A stretch of 32,000 nucleotides of DNA from Vibrio cholerae ATCC 14035. GTDB lineage: Bacteria > Pseudomonadota > Gammaproteobacteria > Enterobacterales > Vibrionaceae. Below are positions 17,806-26,183 of this stretch, one piece after another. The notes under the pieces are model-generated. The model was not told the origin of the DNA and ran no database searches. It saw only the letters and a program-made list of their open reading frames with translations. The stretch spans positions 1 to 32,000 of the forward strand of contig NZ_JHXR01000027.1 of NCBI RefSeq assembly GCF_000621645.1, given 5' to 3'. The translations under genes were made by a program, and so were the position numbers. Numbering within the stretch: position 1 is the stretch's first letter; every line of letters begins with the position of its first letter.

Positions 17806-18711
17806 ATGCTGTCAGGGATGATCTTTGTTTTTGCACCACTCGTGGTGGGTTATCTATTCATTATTCGTAACCCATCTCATCTCCATCGTTTGAGTCGAGC
17901 AACCTCGCATCTCGTTTACGTCATCTTATTTTTGATGGGTCTCAGTCTCGCGGGCTTAGATAACCTACAAAGTAACTTACAAACCATTGTCAAATACACG
18001 GCCGTTTTTTTCGTGGTGCTAGGGACATGCAACCTCTTAGTCTTACCTTTAGTTGATCGCTATCTGCCACTTAGTACCGATATCACTCATAAAAAAGTCC
18101 CGCTCTCAAGCATGATGTTGGAGTCTGCGAAGCTTATTTTGGTGGTCGGTGCAGGCCTGGTGGCGGGTGTGTTACTGAATCAAGACTTACATTGGGTCGA
18201 ATCCGCGAGCGGCTGGATCCTCTTCCTTTTGCTGTTTTTTATTGGTATTCAACTGCGCAACAGTGGTTTATCGCTCAAACAGATCTTGCTAAATAAGCAC
18301 GGAATGGTTATTGCGGCAGTGATCATCCTAACCAGTTGGCTAGGTGGCGTGATTGCTGCGTGGCTACTCGACATGCCAATTTACCAAGCACTGGCGATGG
18401 CCTCAGGTTTTGGCTGGTACTCATTAGCCGGTATCTTAGTCGGCGATGCTTTTGGGCCGGTACTCGGCGGAGCCTCTTTTATGATTGAGCTACTGCGCGA
18501 GCTAGTCGCGCTGGTGTTAATTCCCATGCTGATCCGGCGCAAACCCTGTACCGCGATTGGTTATGCAGGAGCGACAGCCATGGATTTTACCCTGCCCGTC
18601 ATTCAAACCACTGGCGGTGTAAAATGTGTTCCGGTGGCGATTGTTAGCGGCTTTATTCTGAGTCTATTGGTGCCGGTTTTGATCCTGTTCTTTGTTTCTC
18701 TTGCAAGCTAG
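17806..18711 (+). CDS. lysO: Lysine exporter LysO (YbjE, DUF340 family) inner-membrane protein.
   Basis: 301 aa, collinear with E. coli YbjE along its whole length (GYL..., FLMG-SLA-LDNL, IGIQLRN-G--LKQI-LN, ALAMASGFGWYSL-GIL, GATAMDFTLPV-Q-TGG). GAGGA lies 4 nt upstream of the ATG. It starts 20 nt after the HDOD stop. Confidence 0.85.
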   Translation: MLSGMIFVFAPLVVGYLFIIRNPSHLHRLSRATSHLVYVILFLMGLSLAGLDNLQSNLQTIVKYTAVFFVVLGTCNLLVLPLVDRYLPLSTDITHKKVPLSSMMLESAKLILVVGAGLVAGVLLNQDLHWVESASGWILFLLLFFIGIQLRNSGLSLKQILLNKHGMVIAAVIILTSWLGGVIAAWLLDMPIYQALAMASGFGWYSLAGILVGDAFGPVLGGASFMIELLRELVALVLIPMLIRRKPCTAIGYAGATAMDFTLPVIQTTGGVKCVPVAIVSGFILSLLVPVLILFFVSLAS

Positions 18712-18899
18712 ATCGCAGGATTTCCCTCTGAGCTCGTTTACAATGTTTCGCCTTGAGATTTACAATTTAGTAAACAATATTTTAACCTAACGCCCCTAAA
18801 TGATTGGGTAGAACAATTCTCTTCGGGTTAGGGGTTAAGGTTTATCTCAATGAAGTCCCATCAAGAACGACTAAAAATAACAATTCAAAAGGAAAGATT

Positions 18900-19409
18900 A
18901 TGAAACGCCTGAGCACTGTTTTACTGATGTCGGTCGTCTCCGCTTCAGCCTATGCGGATAACACCTGCTTCAGCCAAAAATACGATGCCTACATCGATGC
19001 TTCATTGAACTGGTATGCCGATCTCACCAAACTGACCAGTGAACGTAACCCAGATTTAGCCGAAGTGAGTCAATGGTTTTTAGAAGGAAGGCAGCACCAC
19101 TTTGCCTTGAATCGCGCGGCTGTTCATTACTACTTACAACATGACCCAAGTAAAGTCGCAACCACCCAACATGTTGAATCATGGTTAAAACTAGAACAGC
19201 CAGAAATCAAACAATTGGCGACACGCAGCGATGAGCTTGGCAAGTTAGCCAGCGTAACCTTTGCCGACCGACAAGCCACACCTCACCCGAAAAATTATGA
19301 ACTGCGCTCCGCGTTGGCAGACCTGCTCAGTCACCCTAAGCAGATCGAATCGGCGCTGAATCGCTATAATCAGGCGATTGAAAAAGTCGAAGCGATGAAG
19401 TGCCAATAA
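18900..19409 (+). CDS. Secreted or periplasmic hypothetical protein.
   Basis: 169 aa from the ATG at 18900, preceded by AAAGGAAAG. The signal peptide is MKRLSTVLLMSVVSASAYA-DN, and the mature part is predicted helical with Cys near each terminus. The 32-codon upstream extension in the ORF track is unsupported. Confidence 0.6.
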   Translation: MKRLSTVLLMSVVSASAYADNTCFSQKYDAYIDASLNWYADLTKLTSERNPDLAEVSQWFLEGRQHHFALNRAAVHYYLQHDPSKVATTQHVESWLKLEQPEIKQLATRSDELGKLASVTFADRQATPHPKNYELRSALADLLSHPKQIESALNRYNQAIEKVEAMKCQ

Positions 19410-19445
19410 TCACACACCAATGCAATCAAGGCTTTCCGAATTAAG

Positions 19446-19467
19446 ACGGGACATTGTTCCCGTTTTG
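19446..19467 (+). terminator. Probable rho-independent terminator after the secreted-protein gene.
   Basis: ACGGGA (19446-19451) / TCCCGT (19458-19463) stem with a 6-nt loop, followed by TTTT. Confidence 0.5.
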
Positions 19468-19518
19468 AATTAGATTGTCCCGCTTGAAGCCCATCAATCA
19501 GAATAATAACGACGCTGT

Positions 19519-21165
19519 ATGGTATCAGAACACAAATCCGCGCAAGTCAACTTCGATTCTCTGCTCAAGATCTTCACCGTACCGGAAGGTCCAGACTCAA
19601 CATTAACTAAAATCGATGAAGAGCTTTCTCGCAATTTAAACCACTTCTTGCGCAAACACATTGTGGCAGAAGAAAAGCCGCTCAAAGAGATTGAGAAAGA
19701 TTTTTCCAACGCGCACATTCCCGAACAGCCTCAATTCGTTTCCGATCATACCCAATATTTACTGGATACTCTGGTGTCACACTCAGTGCACACCGCATCG
19801 CCCAGTTTTATTGGCCACATGACATCGGCACTGCCCTACTTCCTGATGCCGCTGTCAAAAATTATGATCGCTCTCAACCAGAATCTGGTCAAAATTGAAA
19901 CCTCGAAGGCATTCACGCCGCTAGAGCGTCAAGTGCTAGGCATGATCCATCGCTTGATTTATGGCGAGACGGATCACTTCTATCAACAGTGGATGCACAG
20001 TGCTGAGCACTCACTCGGCGCTTTCTGCTCAGGCGGAACCATAGCCAACATTACGGCACTTTGGGTTGCTCGTAATAATGCGCTTAAAGCAGAAGGCGAT
20101 TTCCCCGGCGTTGAAAAAGCTGGGCTCTTCAAAGCCATGCGCCACTACGGTCATGAAGGTTTAGCCATTTTGGTTTCCGAACGAGGCCACTACTCGTTGA
20201 AAAAAGCGGCCGATGTGCTGGGTATAGGCCAAGAAGGCTTGGTCGCGGTCAAAACCGATGCGCATAACCGTATCTGCCCACACGATCTAGAGCAGAAAAT
20301 CACCGAGTTAAAAGCCAATAAGATCAAAGTGTTTGCCGTTGTCGGAGTCGCCGGCACCACAGAAACCGGCAATATTGACCCACTGCGCACCATTGCTCAG
20401 ATTTGTCAGCGTGAACAGATCCACTTCCATATCGATGCGGCTTGGGGCGGCGCGACGTTAATGTCAAACCGTTATCGAGGACTGCTTGATGGTGTCGAGT
20501 TGGCCGATTCAGTGACCATTGATGCTCATAAGCAGCTCTACATCCCTATGGGTGCGGGTATGGTCTTGTTTAAAGACCCGAATGCGATGCGCTCAATTGA
20601 GCATCATGCCCAGTACATTTTGCGTCAAGGCTCTAAAGATTTGGGTAGCCATACCCTAGAAGGATCACGCTCAGGCATGGCGATGTTGGTTTACGCCAGC
20701 ATGCACATCATTAGCCGCCCAGGCTATCAGCTACTTATCGATCAAAGTATTGAAAAAGCGCGATATTTTGCCGACCTGATTGATGCGCAAACTGACTTTG
20801 AGTTGGTTTCGCAACCGGAACTCTGCTTGTTGACTTATCGCTATCTACCCGAGCATGTCCGCATGGCGCTAGAAAAATCGCAAGGGGTACAGCGTGCGCA
20901 GTTGAATGAGCTACTGAACGAACTCACTAAGTTTATTCAGAAGAAACAAAGGGAAACGGGTAAATCCTTTGTGTCACGTACCCAACTCAATCCACACCAA
21001 TGGGATAAATTGGCAACCATAGTCTTCCGAGTGGTATTGGCCAACCCGCTGACGACCAAAGAAATTTTGCATAACGTGCTGGATGAACAACGAGAAATCG
21101 CGCAACAAGCGCCAAAGTTGATGCGTCAAATCGAACATCTAACCCAATGCATTCTGAACCAATAA
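19519..21165 (+). CDS. panP: Group II PLP-dependent decarboxylase, most like the putative PLP-dependent aspartate 1-decarboxylase (PanP) clade.
   Basis: 548 aa. The PLP-lysine motif is SVTIDAHKQLYIPMGAG, and the fold-type I decarboxylase blocks are present (GGTIANITALWVARN, HIDAAWGG). Size and sequence fit the gammaproteobacterial family proposed to replace pyruvoyl PanD. The substrate call is inference. Confidence 0.6.
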   Translation: MVSEHKSAQVNFDSLLKIFTVPEGPDSTLTKIDEELSRNLNHFLRKHIVAEEKPLKEIEKDFSNAHIPEQPQFVSDHTQYLLDTLVSHSVHTASPSFIGHMTSALPYFLMPLSKIMIALNQNLVKIETSKAFTPLERQVLGMIHRLIYGETDHFYQQWMHSAEHSLGAFCSGGTIANITALWVARNNALKAEGDFPGVEKAGLFKAMRHYGHEGLAILVSERGHYSLKKAADVLGIGQEGLVAVKTDAHNRICPHDLEQKITELKANKIKVFAVVGVAGTTETGNIDPLRTIAQICQREQIHFHIDAAWGGATLMSNRYRGLLDGVELADSVTIDAHKQLYIPMGAGMVLFKDPNAMRSIEHHAQYILRQGSKDLGSHTLEGSRSGMAMLVYASMHIISRPGYQLLIDQSIEKARYFADLIDAQTDFELVSQPELCLLTYRYLPEHVRMALEKSQGVQRAQLNELLNELTKFIQKKQRETGKSFVSRTQLNPHQWDKLATIVFRVVLANPLTTKEILHNVLDEQREIAQQAPKLMRQIEHLTQCILNQ

Positions 21166-21174
21166 TCCTTCGCT

Positions 21175-21221
21175 AAGAGTTACAGCAAACAGAAATAAAA
21201 TTTCAGTTTGCTGTAACTCTT
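21175..21221 (+). other. Long, near-perfect 47-nt hairpin immediately downstream of the decarboxylase gene, with no U-tract.
   Basis: 16-bp perfect arms AAGAGTTACAGCAAAC (21175-21190) / GTTTGCTGTAACTCTT (21206-21221). After one A-A mismatch, a further GAAAT/ATTTC pairing extends the stem and leaves a 5-nt loop (AAAAT). Confidence 0.6.
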
Positions 21222-21472
21222 GCGTCAATCATGGGCTAGAAGCACCAGATATGGGCAACACCACACCTCAAAAGTGTAGTTTTTATAAAATTTAATTGAG
21301 GCTTGTCATATTCTCACGGTCTTTCTGAGAGTTTCGTTTCTGGATCCATCACGCTTAGGTTTATACTCGGTTTATTGGCGTTGGTGGGTTTAGCATTTGG
21401 AAGCCATTGATTTCTCCCCTATTGTTTCCAAAGCCCAGACCAACGAGTTGTTCTCTAGCCTGCGTGAACACT

Positions 21473-22327
21473 ATGAATACATTAGAAAAAATTCAAAAAA
21501 ACCTGGAAAACTTTAGCAAGTCTGAGCGTAAGGTTGCCGAAGTGATTATGGCATCACCACAAACCGCTATTCATTCCAGCATTGCTACACTGGCGAAAAT
21601 GGCGGACGTGAGTGAACCTACGGTGAACCGTTTCTGTCGCCGCCTTGATACCAAAGGTTTTCCGGACTTTAAACTGCATTTAGCTCAAAGCCTTGCAAAC
21701 GGCACGCCTTACGTTAACCGTAACGTAGAAGAGGATGATGGCCCAGATGCTTACACCCACAAGATTTTCGAATCGACTATGGCGTGTCTGGATGTGGCGA
21801 AAAACAGTTTGGATCCCGTGCAAATCAACCGTGCTGTTGACCTGCTCACTCAAGCAAAACGTATTTCGTTTTTTGGCTTAGGCGCGTCCTCTGCGGTCGC
21901 ACGCGATGCACAGAATAAATTTATCCGCTTCAATATTCCGATCAGCTGCTTTGAAGATATTGTGATGCAGCGAATGAGCTGTATCAACTGCACCGATAAT
22001 GATGTGATTGTGCTGATTTCTCATACTGGCCGTACCAAAAGTCAGGTTGAAATCGCCAATCTTGCTCGTGAAAACGGAGCAACGGTGATCGCGATTACCG
22101 CTAAAGATTCACCACTGGACAAAGCCAGTTCATTATCGATCTGCTTAGATGTGCCTGAAGACACAGACGTGTATATGCCAATGGCAAGTCGCGTAGTGCA
22201 AATGACCGTGATCGATGTATTGGCAACCGGCTTTACATTGCGCCGAGGTTCAGGCTTTAGAGAAAATCTCAAGCGCGTGAAAGAAGTGCTGAAAGATTCT
22301 CGCTACGACAAACTGCCGCCTTACTAG
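21473..22327 (+). CDS. hexR: RpiR-family transcriptional regulator HexR (central carbon metabolism).
   Basis: 284 aa from the ATG at 21473. It is almost collinear with E. coli HexR (LEKIQ..L...SKSERKVAEVI.ASP..AIHSSIA, VSEPTVNRFCR, GFPDFKLHLAQSLANGTPYVNRNV, and the SIS domain with LISHTGRTK). The 22-codon upstream extension is unsupported. Confidence 0.9.
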   Translation: MNTLEKIQKNLENFSKSERKVAEVIMASPQTAIHSSIATLAKMADVSEPTVNRFCRRLDTKGFPDFKLHLAQSLANGTPYVNRNVEEDDGPDAYTHKIFESTMACLDVAKNSLDPVQINRAVDLLTQAKRISFFGLGASSAVARDAQNKFIRFNIPISCFEDIVMQRMSCINCTDNDVIVLISHTGRTKSQVEIANLARENGATVIAITAKDSPLDKASSLSICLDVPEDTDVYMPMASRVVQMTVIDVLATGFTLRRGSGFRENLKRVKEVLKDSRYDKLPPY

Positions 22328-22347
22328 GCCACACACAAAGACAGAAT

Positions 22348-22377
22348 AACGGAGCCCAGTGGCTCCGTTTTCATTTT
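22348..22377 (+). terminator. Rho-independent terminator of hexR.
   Basis: AACGGAGCC (22348-22356) / GGCTCCGTT (22361-22369), loop CAGT, followed by TTCATTTT. Confidence 0.7.
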
Positions 22378-22417
22378 GAGTCAGAATAATGATGGTTTCC
22401 AATAAGGAGGAATAGGC

Positions 22418-23665
22418 TCAATGTTGCCCGCTCAAGCGGCTTCCTTCCTCTTTTAGCAAATGGCGAATCTCCACCTCACCTTGTGATGCTCGAGGCTCTA
22501 TCGCCGCAAGTGGTTGACAAGAGCAGACTTGATGCAGAATGTGAGTCAAGCGCTCCATGGTCAAAGGGATCGGGTTACCTTTAATCGCTGTTGATTTCAG
22601 TGCATCTGCGGCCACGCGTTCAAAAGAGGTCGCGCAGACACCAAAATCGGTCAAATTAGGAATCGATAATTTTTCTAGCATCATATTGACCCATAAGATG
22701 CCATCTTCCACACCGGCATTTTTACGGCCAGTCAGAATGCGCGAAACGATCTTATAGCGCTGTAGAATATCACTGCGCCCAGCCTCTTTAGCCACATCAA
22801 TATTTTCTCGCATCACAATCGGCGCAAGTCGCGCGGTAATCACACTGTGTGGCGCATCCAATTTGCCGCCCAGTGCAGAAGCCAGTCCATGGGCGGCCCC
22901 TAATTTGGCATTGGTTGTCGCCATTCCCCCCAGCATGGCAGCGAAGGAGAGATCACTGCGTGCTTTTTTATCATCGCGCAAGCAGCCCGCGATCATCGCT
23001 CGGCTTAAACGCCGTAACCCTTCCTCACAAATCATATCGGTTAGAGGATTGGGCTCTCCACACACGTAAGCTTCCATAAGATGGGTAAACGCATCCATGG
23101 CTCCTCGACCAGACGTCACAGGATCTGTACCGTAAGTCAAAGTGGGATCAATGATCGCAACGTCCGCTAACATCTCAGGACTGCGCAAGCTAATTTTGAC
23201 TCTGTCCTGCGCCGATTTCAGCACCGCATTACGCGTCACTTCAGAACCCGAGCTAGCAGTAGTCGGAATCGCGATAAATGGCAGTGGTTTGGCTTTGAGT
23301 GGCACACTGCGCCCAACCACCTCAACATAGTCATACACGTTGCCTTGATTGGGGATAATCGCCGCGACCGCTTTCCCCATATCCAACACACTACCGCCGC
23401 CTATCGCAATCACCATGTCAGGTTTAAAGCGACGACCAAGCATCGCGGCTTCTTCAACCATAGTGATGTTGGGCTCGCCAGAAACTACAACATGTTGGTA
23501 GCGCATGTTCTGCTGTTGTAGATAGGCCGTTAGAGGAGCATAGCGCTCAGCGTTTTTCCCCGAGACCAGTAGCACGCTGTATCCGTACTGGCTGATTATC
23601 GAAAGGGAGCTCTCTAGCGACCCCTCACCAAAGATGATCCGTGTCGCGGTCATAAACTGGAACAT
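22418..23665 (-). CDS. Iron-containing (group III) alcohol dehydrogenase family oxidoreductase.
   Basis: 415 aa from the ATG at 23665, with GGAGGGAG immediately upstream. It has the NAD-binding motif AIGGGSVLDMGKA and the metal ligand pattern (DAFTHLMEAY, AAHGLASALGG...APHS). About 35 extra C-terminal residues have no family counterpart. Confidence 0.85.
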   Translation of the reverse strand: MFQFMTATRIIFGEGSLESSLSIISQYGYSVLLVSGKNAERYAPLTAYLQQQNMRYQHVVVSGEPNITMVEEAAMLGRRFKPDMVIAIGGGSVLDMGKAVAAIIPNQGNVYDYVEVVGRSVPLKAKPLPFIAIPTTASSGSEVTRNAVLKSAQDRVKISLRSPEMLADVAIIDPTLTYGTDPVTSGRGAMDAFTHLMEAYVCGEPNPLTDMICEEGLRRLSRAMIAGCLRDDKKARSDLSFAAMLGGMATTNAKLGAAHGLASALGGKLDAPHSVITARLAPIVMRENIDVAKEAGRSDILQRYKIVSRILTGRKNAGVEDGILWVNMMLEKLSIPNLTDFGVCATSFERVAADALKSTAIKGNPIPLTMERLTHILHQVCSCQPLAAIEPRASQGEVEIRHLLKEEGSRLSGQH

Positions 23666-23973
23666 GCTCCCTCCAAGGCCTTTCACACATCAGATAGTGC
23701 TAAGCTTGCATCCAAATGGGGGAAATTTGTTTGACCCAGTGCAACTTGCCGAAATTAACCACAAAAAATCTGCTAGTTCTTGCACAACCTCACATAGAAA
23801 TTGAGGATTTTCAATCTCTTCCATGATAACTGCGAGCCAAGAAGAGTGGTGAAAAAAAGCGAAGCATAGAGTAAAACCATTGTTTTTATCTATTAAATCA
23901 AGAGGAAAAATCACGCTTTATTTCCCCCTTTGAATCGGGCATAGTACCCGCAAACAAAATGAAGGAGAAAGAT

Positions 23974-24237
23974 ATGTTTGTGGTCATTTTTGGTCGTCCT
24001 GGCTGTCCTTACTGTGTTCGTGCCAAAGAGCATGCTGAAACATTGAAAGCAAAGCGTGATGATTTTAACTATCGCTATGTTGATATCCACGCCGAAGGCA
24101 TCACTAAAGCCGATCTAGAAAAAACCATCGGCAAGCCAGTCGAAACCGTTCCACAGATTTTCATCGATGAACAACACATCGGCGGCTGCACAGACTTCGA
24201 AGCGTACGCAAAAGAGAATCTAGGTCTATTTGACTAA
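23974..24237 (+). CDS. grxA: Glutaredoxin 1.
   Basis: 87 aa from the ATG at 23974, with AAGGAG 6 nt upstream. FVVIFGRPGCPYCVRAKE matches E. coli GrxA (TVIFGRSGCPYCVRAKD), including the CPYC active site. Confidence 0.93.
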   Translation: MFVVIFGRPGCPYCVRAKEHAETLKAKRDDFNYRYVDIHAEGITKADLEKTIGKPVETVPQIFIDEQHIGGCTDFEAYAKENLGLFD

Positions 24238-24257
24238 TAAAATGATAAATCGAAAAA

Positions 24258-24282
24258 GCCTGTGAATATCGCAGGCTTTTTT
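24258..24282 (+). terminator. Rho-independent terminator of grxA.
   Basis: GCCTGTG / CGCAGGC 7-bp stem (one G-U pair), loop AATAT, followed by T6. Confidence 0.75.
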
Positions 24283-24438
24283 GTTCGTACGAGATTCTGC
24301 AGACTTAGGATTTTTTAGCTATTTCGCTCCAAATAATGCGCATCCGCGCAAAAATTCACTTATCTTTTTGCAATATTCGGATACAATTCCCAAAATTTTA
24401 TTATTTCCCCTCTTGTCACGCGTGAATTGAGTTAAATC

Positions 24439-26115
24439 GTGAACATCGACGTCGTTTTGTTGCTAGAGCAAAATCCAATTTTGCTGATATTTGTTGTCCT
24501 CGCCATCGGTCTCTCTTTCGGGAAAATTCGCTTTGGCAGCTTCCAATTGGGTAATTCGATTGGAGTGCTCATCACCTCTCTGATCATGGGGCATCTTGGT
24601 TTTTCCTTTACACCGGAAGCATTAACCATCGGCTTTATGCTCTTTATTTATTGTGTCGGCATTGAAGCGGGTCCTAACTTCTTTGGTATTTTCTTCCGCG
24701 ATGGTAAACACTACTTAATTCTAAGCTTAGTGGTCTTGATCACTGCGACTTGGATTGCCTACTTTGGTGGTTACTATCTTAATCTGGATTATGGCTTAGC
24801 CGCCGGGATGATGGCGGGCGCATTAACCTCAACACCCGTACTGGTTGGTGCTCAGGATGCGCTCAATTCTGGGCTTGCCGCGGTACCAAGACATATGGAT
24901 TTATCACTGATTTTAGATAATGTCTCGGTCGGTTATGCGATGGCCTACTTGATCGGCCTTATCAGCATGATCATGTTTGCTAAATTACTCCCTAAGTTGC
25001 AAAAGCAAAACCTGTCCGATTCGGCTCAACAAATCGCGCAAGAACGAGGGTTAGGCAGTCAGCGTAAAGTCTATCTGCCGATCATCCGTGCCTATCGAGT
25101 CGGACCTGAACTGATTAACTGGATCGACGGTCGTAATCTGCGCGAGCTGGGTATCTACCGTCAAACAGGCTGTTATATTGAGCGTATCCGCCGACATGGC
25201 ATTTTGGCCCATCCTGATGGTGATGCCATTTTGCAAGAAGGGGATGAAATTGCTCTCGTAGGTTTCCCAGATAGTCACGCTCGTCTTGACCCGAGCTTTC
25301 GCAATGGCAAAGAAGTGTTTGACCGTAACTTACTCGACCTACGAATTTCAGAAGAAGAGATCGTGGTAAAAAGTGACAGCATTGCGGGAAAACGTCTCTC
25401 CGATCTTAATCTTTCGGAATACGGCTGCTTCCTTAACCGAGTCGTTCGTGCGCAAATCGAAATGCCGATGGATCTGGATATCGTGCTCGCCAAAGGCGAT
25501 GTCCTGCAAGTCAGCGGCGAGAAAAGCAAAGTAAAGGGGCTGGCAGATAAAATCGGTTTTATCTCTGTACACAGCCAAATGGCTGATCTGCTTGCTTTCT
25601 GTAGCTTTTTTATTCTTGGCATTCTGTTTGGTTTGGTCACCATGACCTTTGGCCAAGTGTCGTTTAGCTTAGGTAATGCGGTGGGGTTACTGCTCTCTGG
25701 TATCACTTTGGGCTTTTTGCGAGCCAACCACCCGACTTTCGGTTATGTTCCGCAAGGCGCACTCAATATGGTCAAAGACCTTGGTCTAGCCATCTTCATG
25801 GTCGGTATTGGGCTCAATGCAGGTAGCAAAATGTTCCAGCATCTCTCCGAAGTAGGTGTGCAAGTGATCGGTTTAGCCTTTTTAGTGAGCGTTGTACCTG
25901 TCGTGTTCGCTTACTTGGTTGGCGCCTACATTCTAAAGATGAACCGCGCTCTATTGTTTGGTGCGATTATTGGCGCGCGCACCTGTGCTCCGGCGATGGA
26001 TGTGGTTAATGAATACGCTAAGTCTACCATTCCAGCACTGGGTTATGCGGGCACCTACGCGATTGCCAATATCTTAATGACCTTAACGGGTACCATCTTT
26101 ATCTTGCTCAGTTAA
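24439..26115 (+). CDS. ybjL: Putative transporter YbjL (AAE family, two membrane domains flanking tandem TrkA-C/RCK_C domains).
   Basis: 558 aa, GTG start. The N-terminus [43 protein letters not shown] parallels E. coli YbjL ([43 protein letters not shown]). The central soluble region spans about aa 200-370. Confidence 0.88.
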   Translation: MNIDVVLLLEQNPILLIFVVLAIGLSFGKIRFGSFQLGNSIGVLITSLIMGHLGFSFTPEALTIGFMLFIYCVGIEAGPNFFGIFFRDGKHYLILSLVVLITATWIAYFGGYYLNLDYGLAAGMMAGALTSTPVLVGAQDALNSGLAAVPRHMDLSLILDNVSVGYAMAYLIGLISMIMFAKLLPKLQKQNLSDSAQQIAQERGLGSQRKVYLPIIRAYRVGPELINWIDGRNLRELGIYRQTGCYIERIRRHGILAHPDGDAILQEGDEIALVGFPDSHARLDPSFRNGKEVFDRNLLDLRISEEEIVVKSDSIAGKRLSDLNLSEYGCFLNRVVRAQIEMPMDLDIVLAKGDVLQVSGEKSKVKGLADKIGFISVHSQMADLLAFCSFFILGILFGLVTMTFGQVSFSLGNAVGLLLSGITLGFLRANHPTFGYVPQGALNMVKDLGLAIFMVGIGLNAGSKMFQHLSEVGVQVIGLAFLVSVVPVVFAYLVGAYILKMNRALLFGAIIGARTCAPAMDVVNEYAKSTIPALGYAGTYAIANILMTLTGTIFILLS

Positions 26116-26141
26116 ATTGGAGTTATCCAATACTGTGGATC

Positions 26142-26167
26142 AAAAAAGGCACCTTGCGGTGCCTTTT
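26142..26167. terminator. Bidirectional terminator between ybjL and clpA.
   Basis: GGCACC (26148-26153) / GGTGCC (26158-26163), loop TTGC, flanked by A6 and T4. Confidence 0.8.
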
Positions 26168-26183
26168 GCGTATTGTGAGATGT

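Noticed and set aside
18785-18842. Imperfect long-range inverted repeat (AACCTAACGCCCCTAA ... TTAGGGGTTAAGGTT) between lysO and the secreted-protein gene.
   Set aside because: There are only 7 + 4 paired bases, interrupted by an internal loop and separated by a ~27-nt loop. There is no U-tract and the significance is marginal.
21275-21289. TGTAGTTTTTATAAA upstream of hexR, considered as a possible HexR autoregulatory box.
   Set aside because: The second half-site is TATA rather than the TACA expected for the palindromic HexR motif. Support is insufficient without a matrix score.
21407-21472. 22-codon N-terminal extension of hexR, and similarly 18804-18899 for the secreted protein and 14520-14567 for the response regulator.
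   Set aside because: The extensions have non-ATG or unsupported starts and no homology. The internal ATGs align with family N-termini or signal peptides and have SDs or coupling overlaps.
23866-23893. OxyR-like elements (ATAG...ATCTAT) upstream of grxA, which belongs to the OxyR regulon in E. coli.
   Set aside because: Against ATAG-N7-CTAT-N7-ATAG-N7-CTAT, only the first tetranucleotide matches fully and the remaining three match 2-3 of 4 positions. This is not distinguishable from AT-rich background by eye.
23690-23914. 74-codon minus-strand ORF in the adh-grxA spacer. It has a GTG start preceded by AAGGGGGAA and ends 24 nt before the adh start.
   Set aside because: The SD-like purine run is tempting. 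However, the ORF is AT-rich with several rare codons (ATA, CTA) and has no recognisable domain or clear TM segment. It also occupies the region that must hold the divergent adh and grxA promoters. Ribo-seq or conservation analysis would be needed before calling it.
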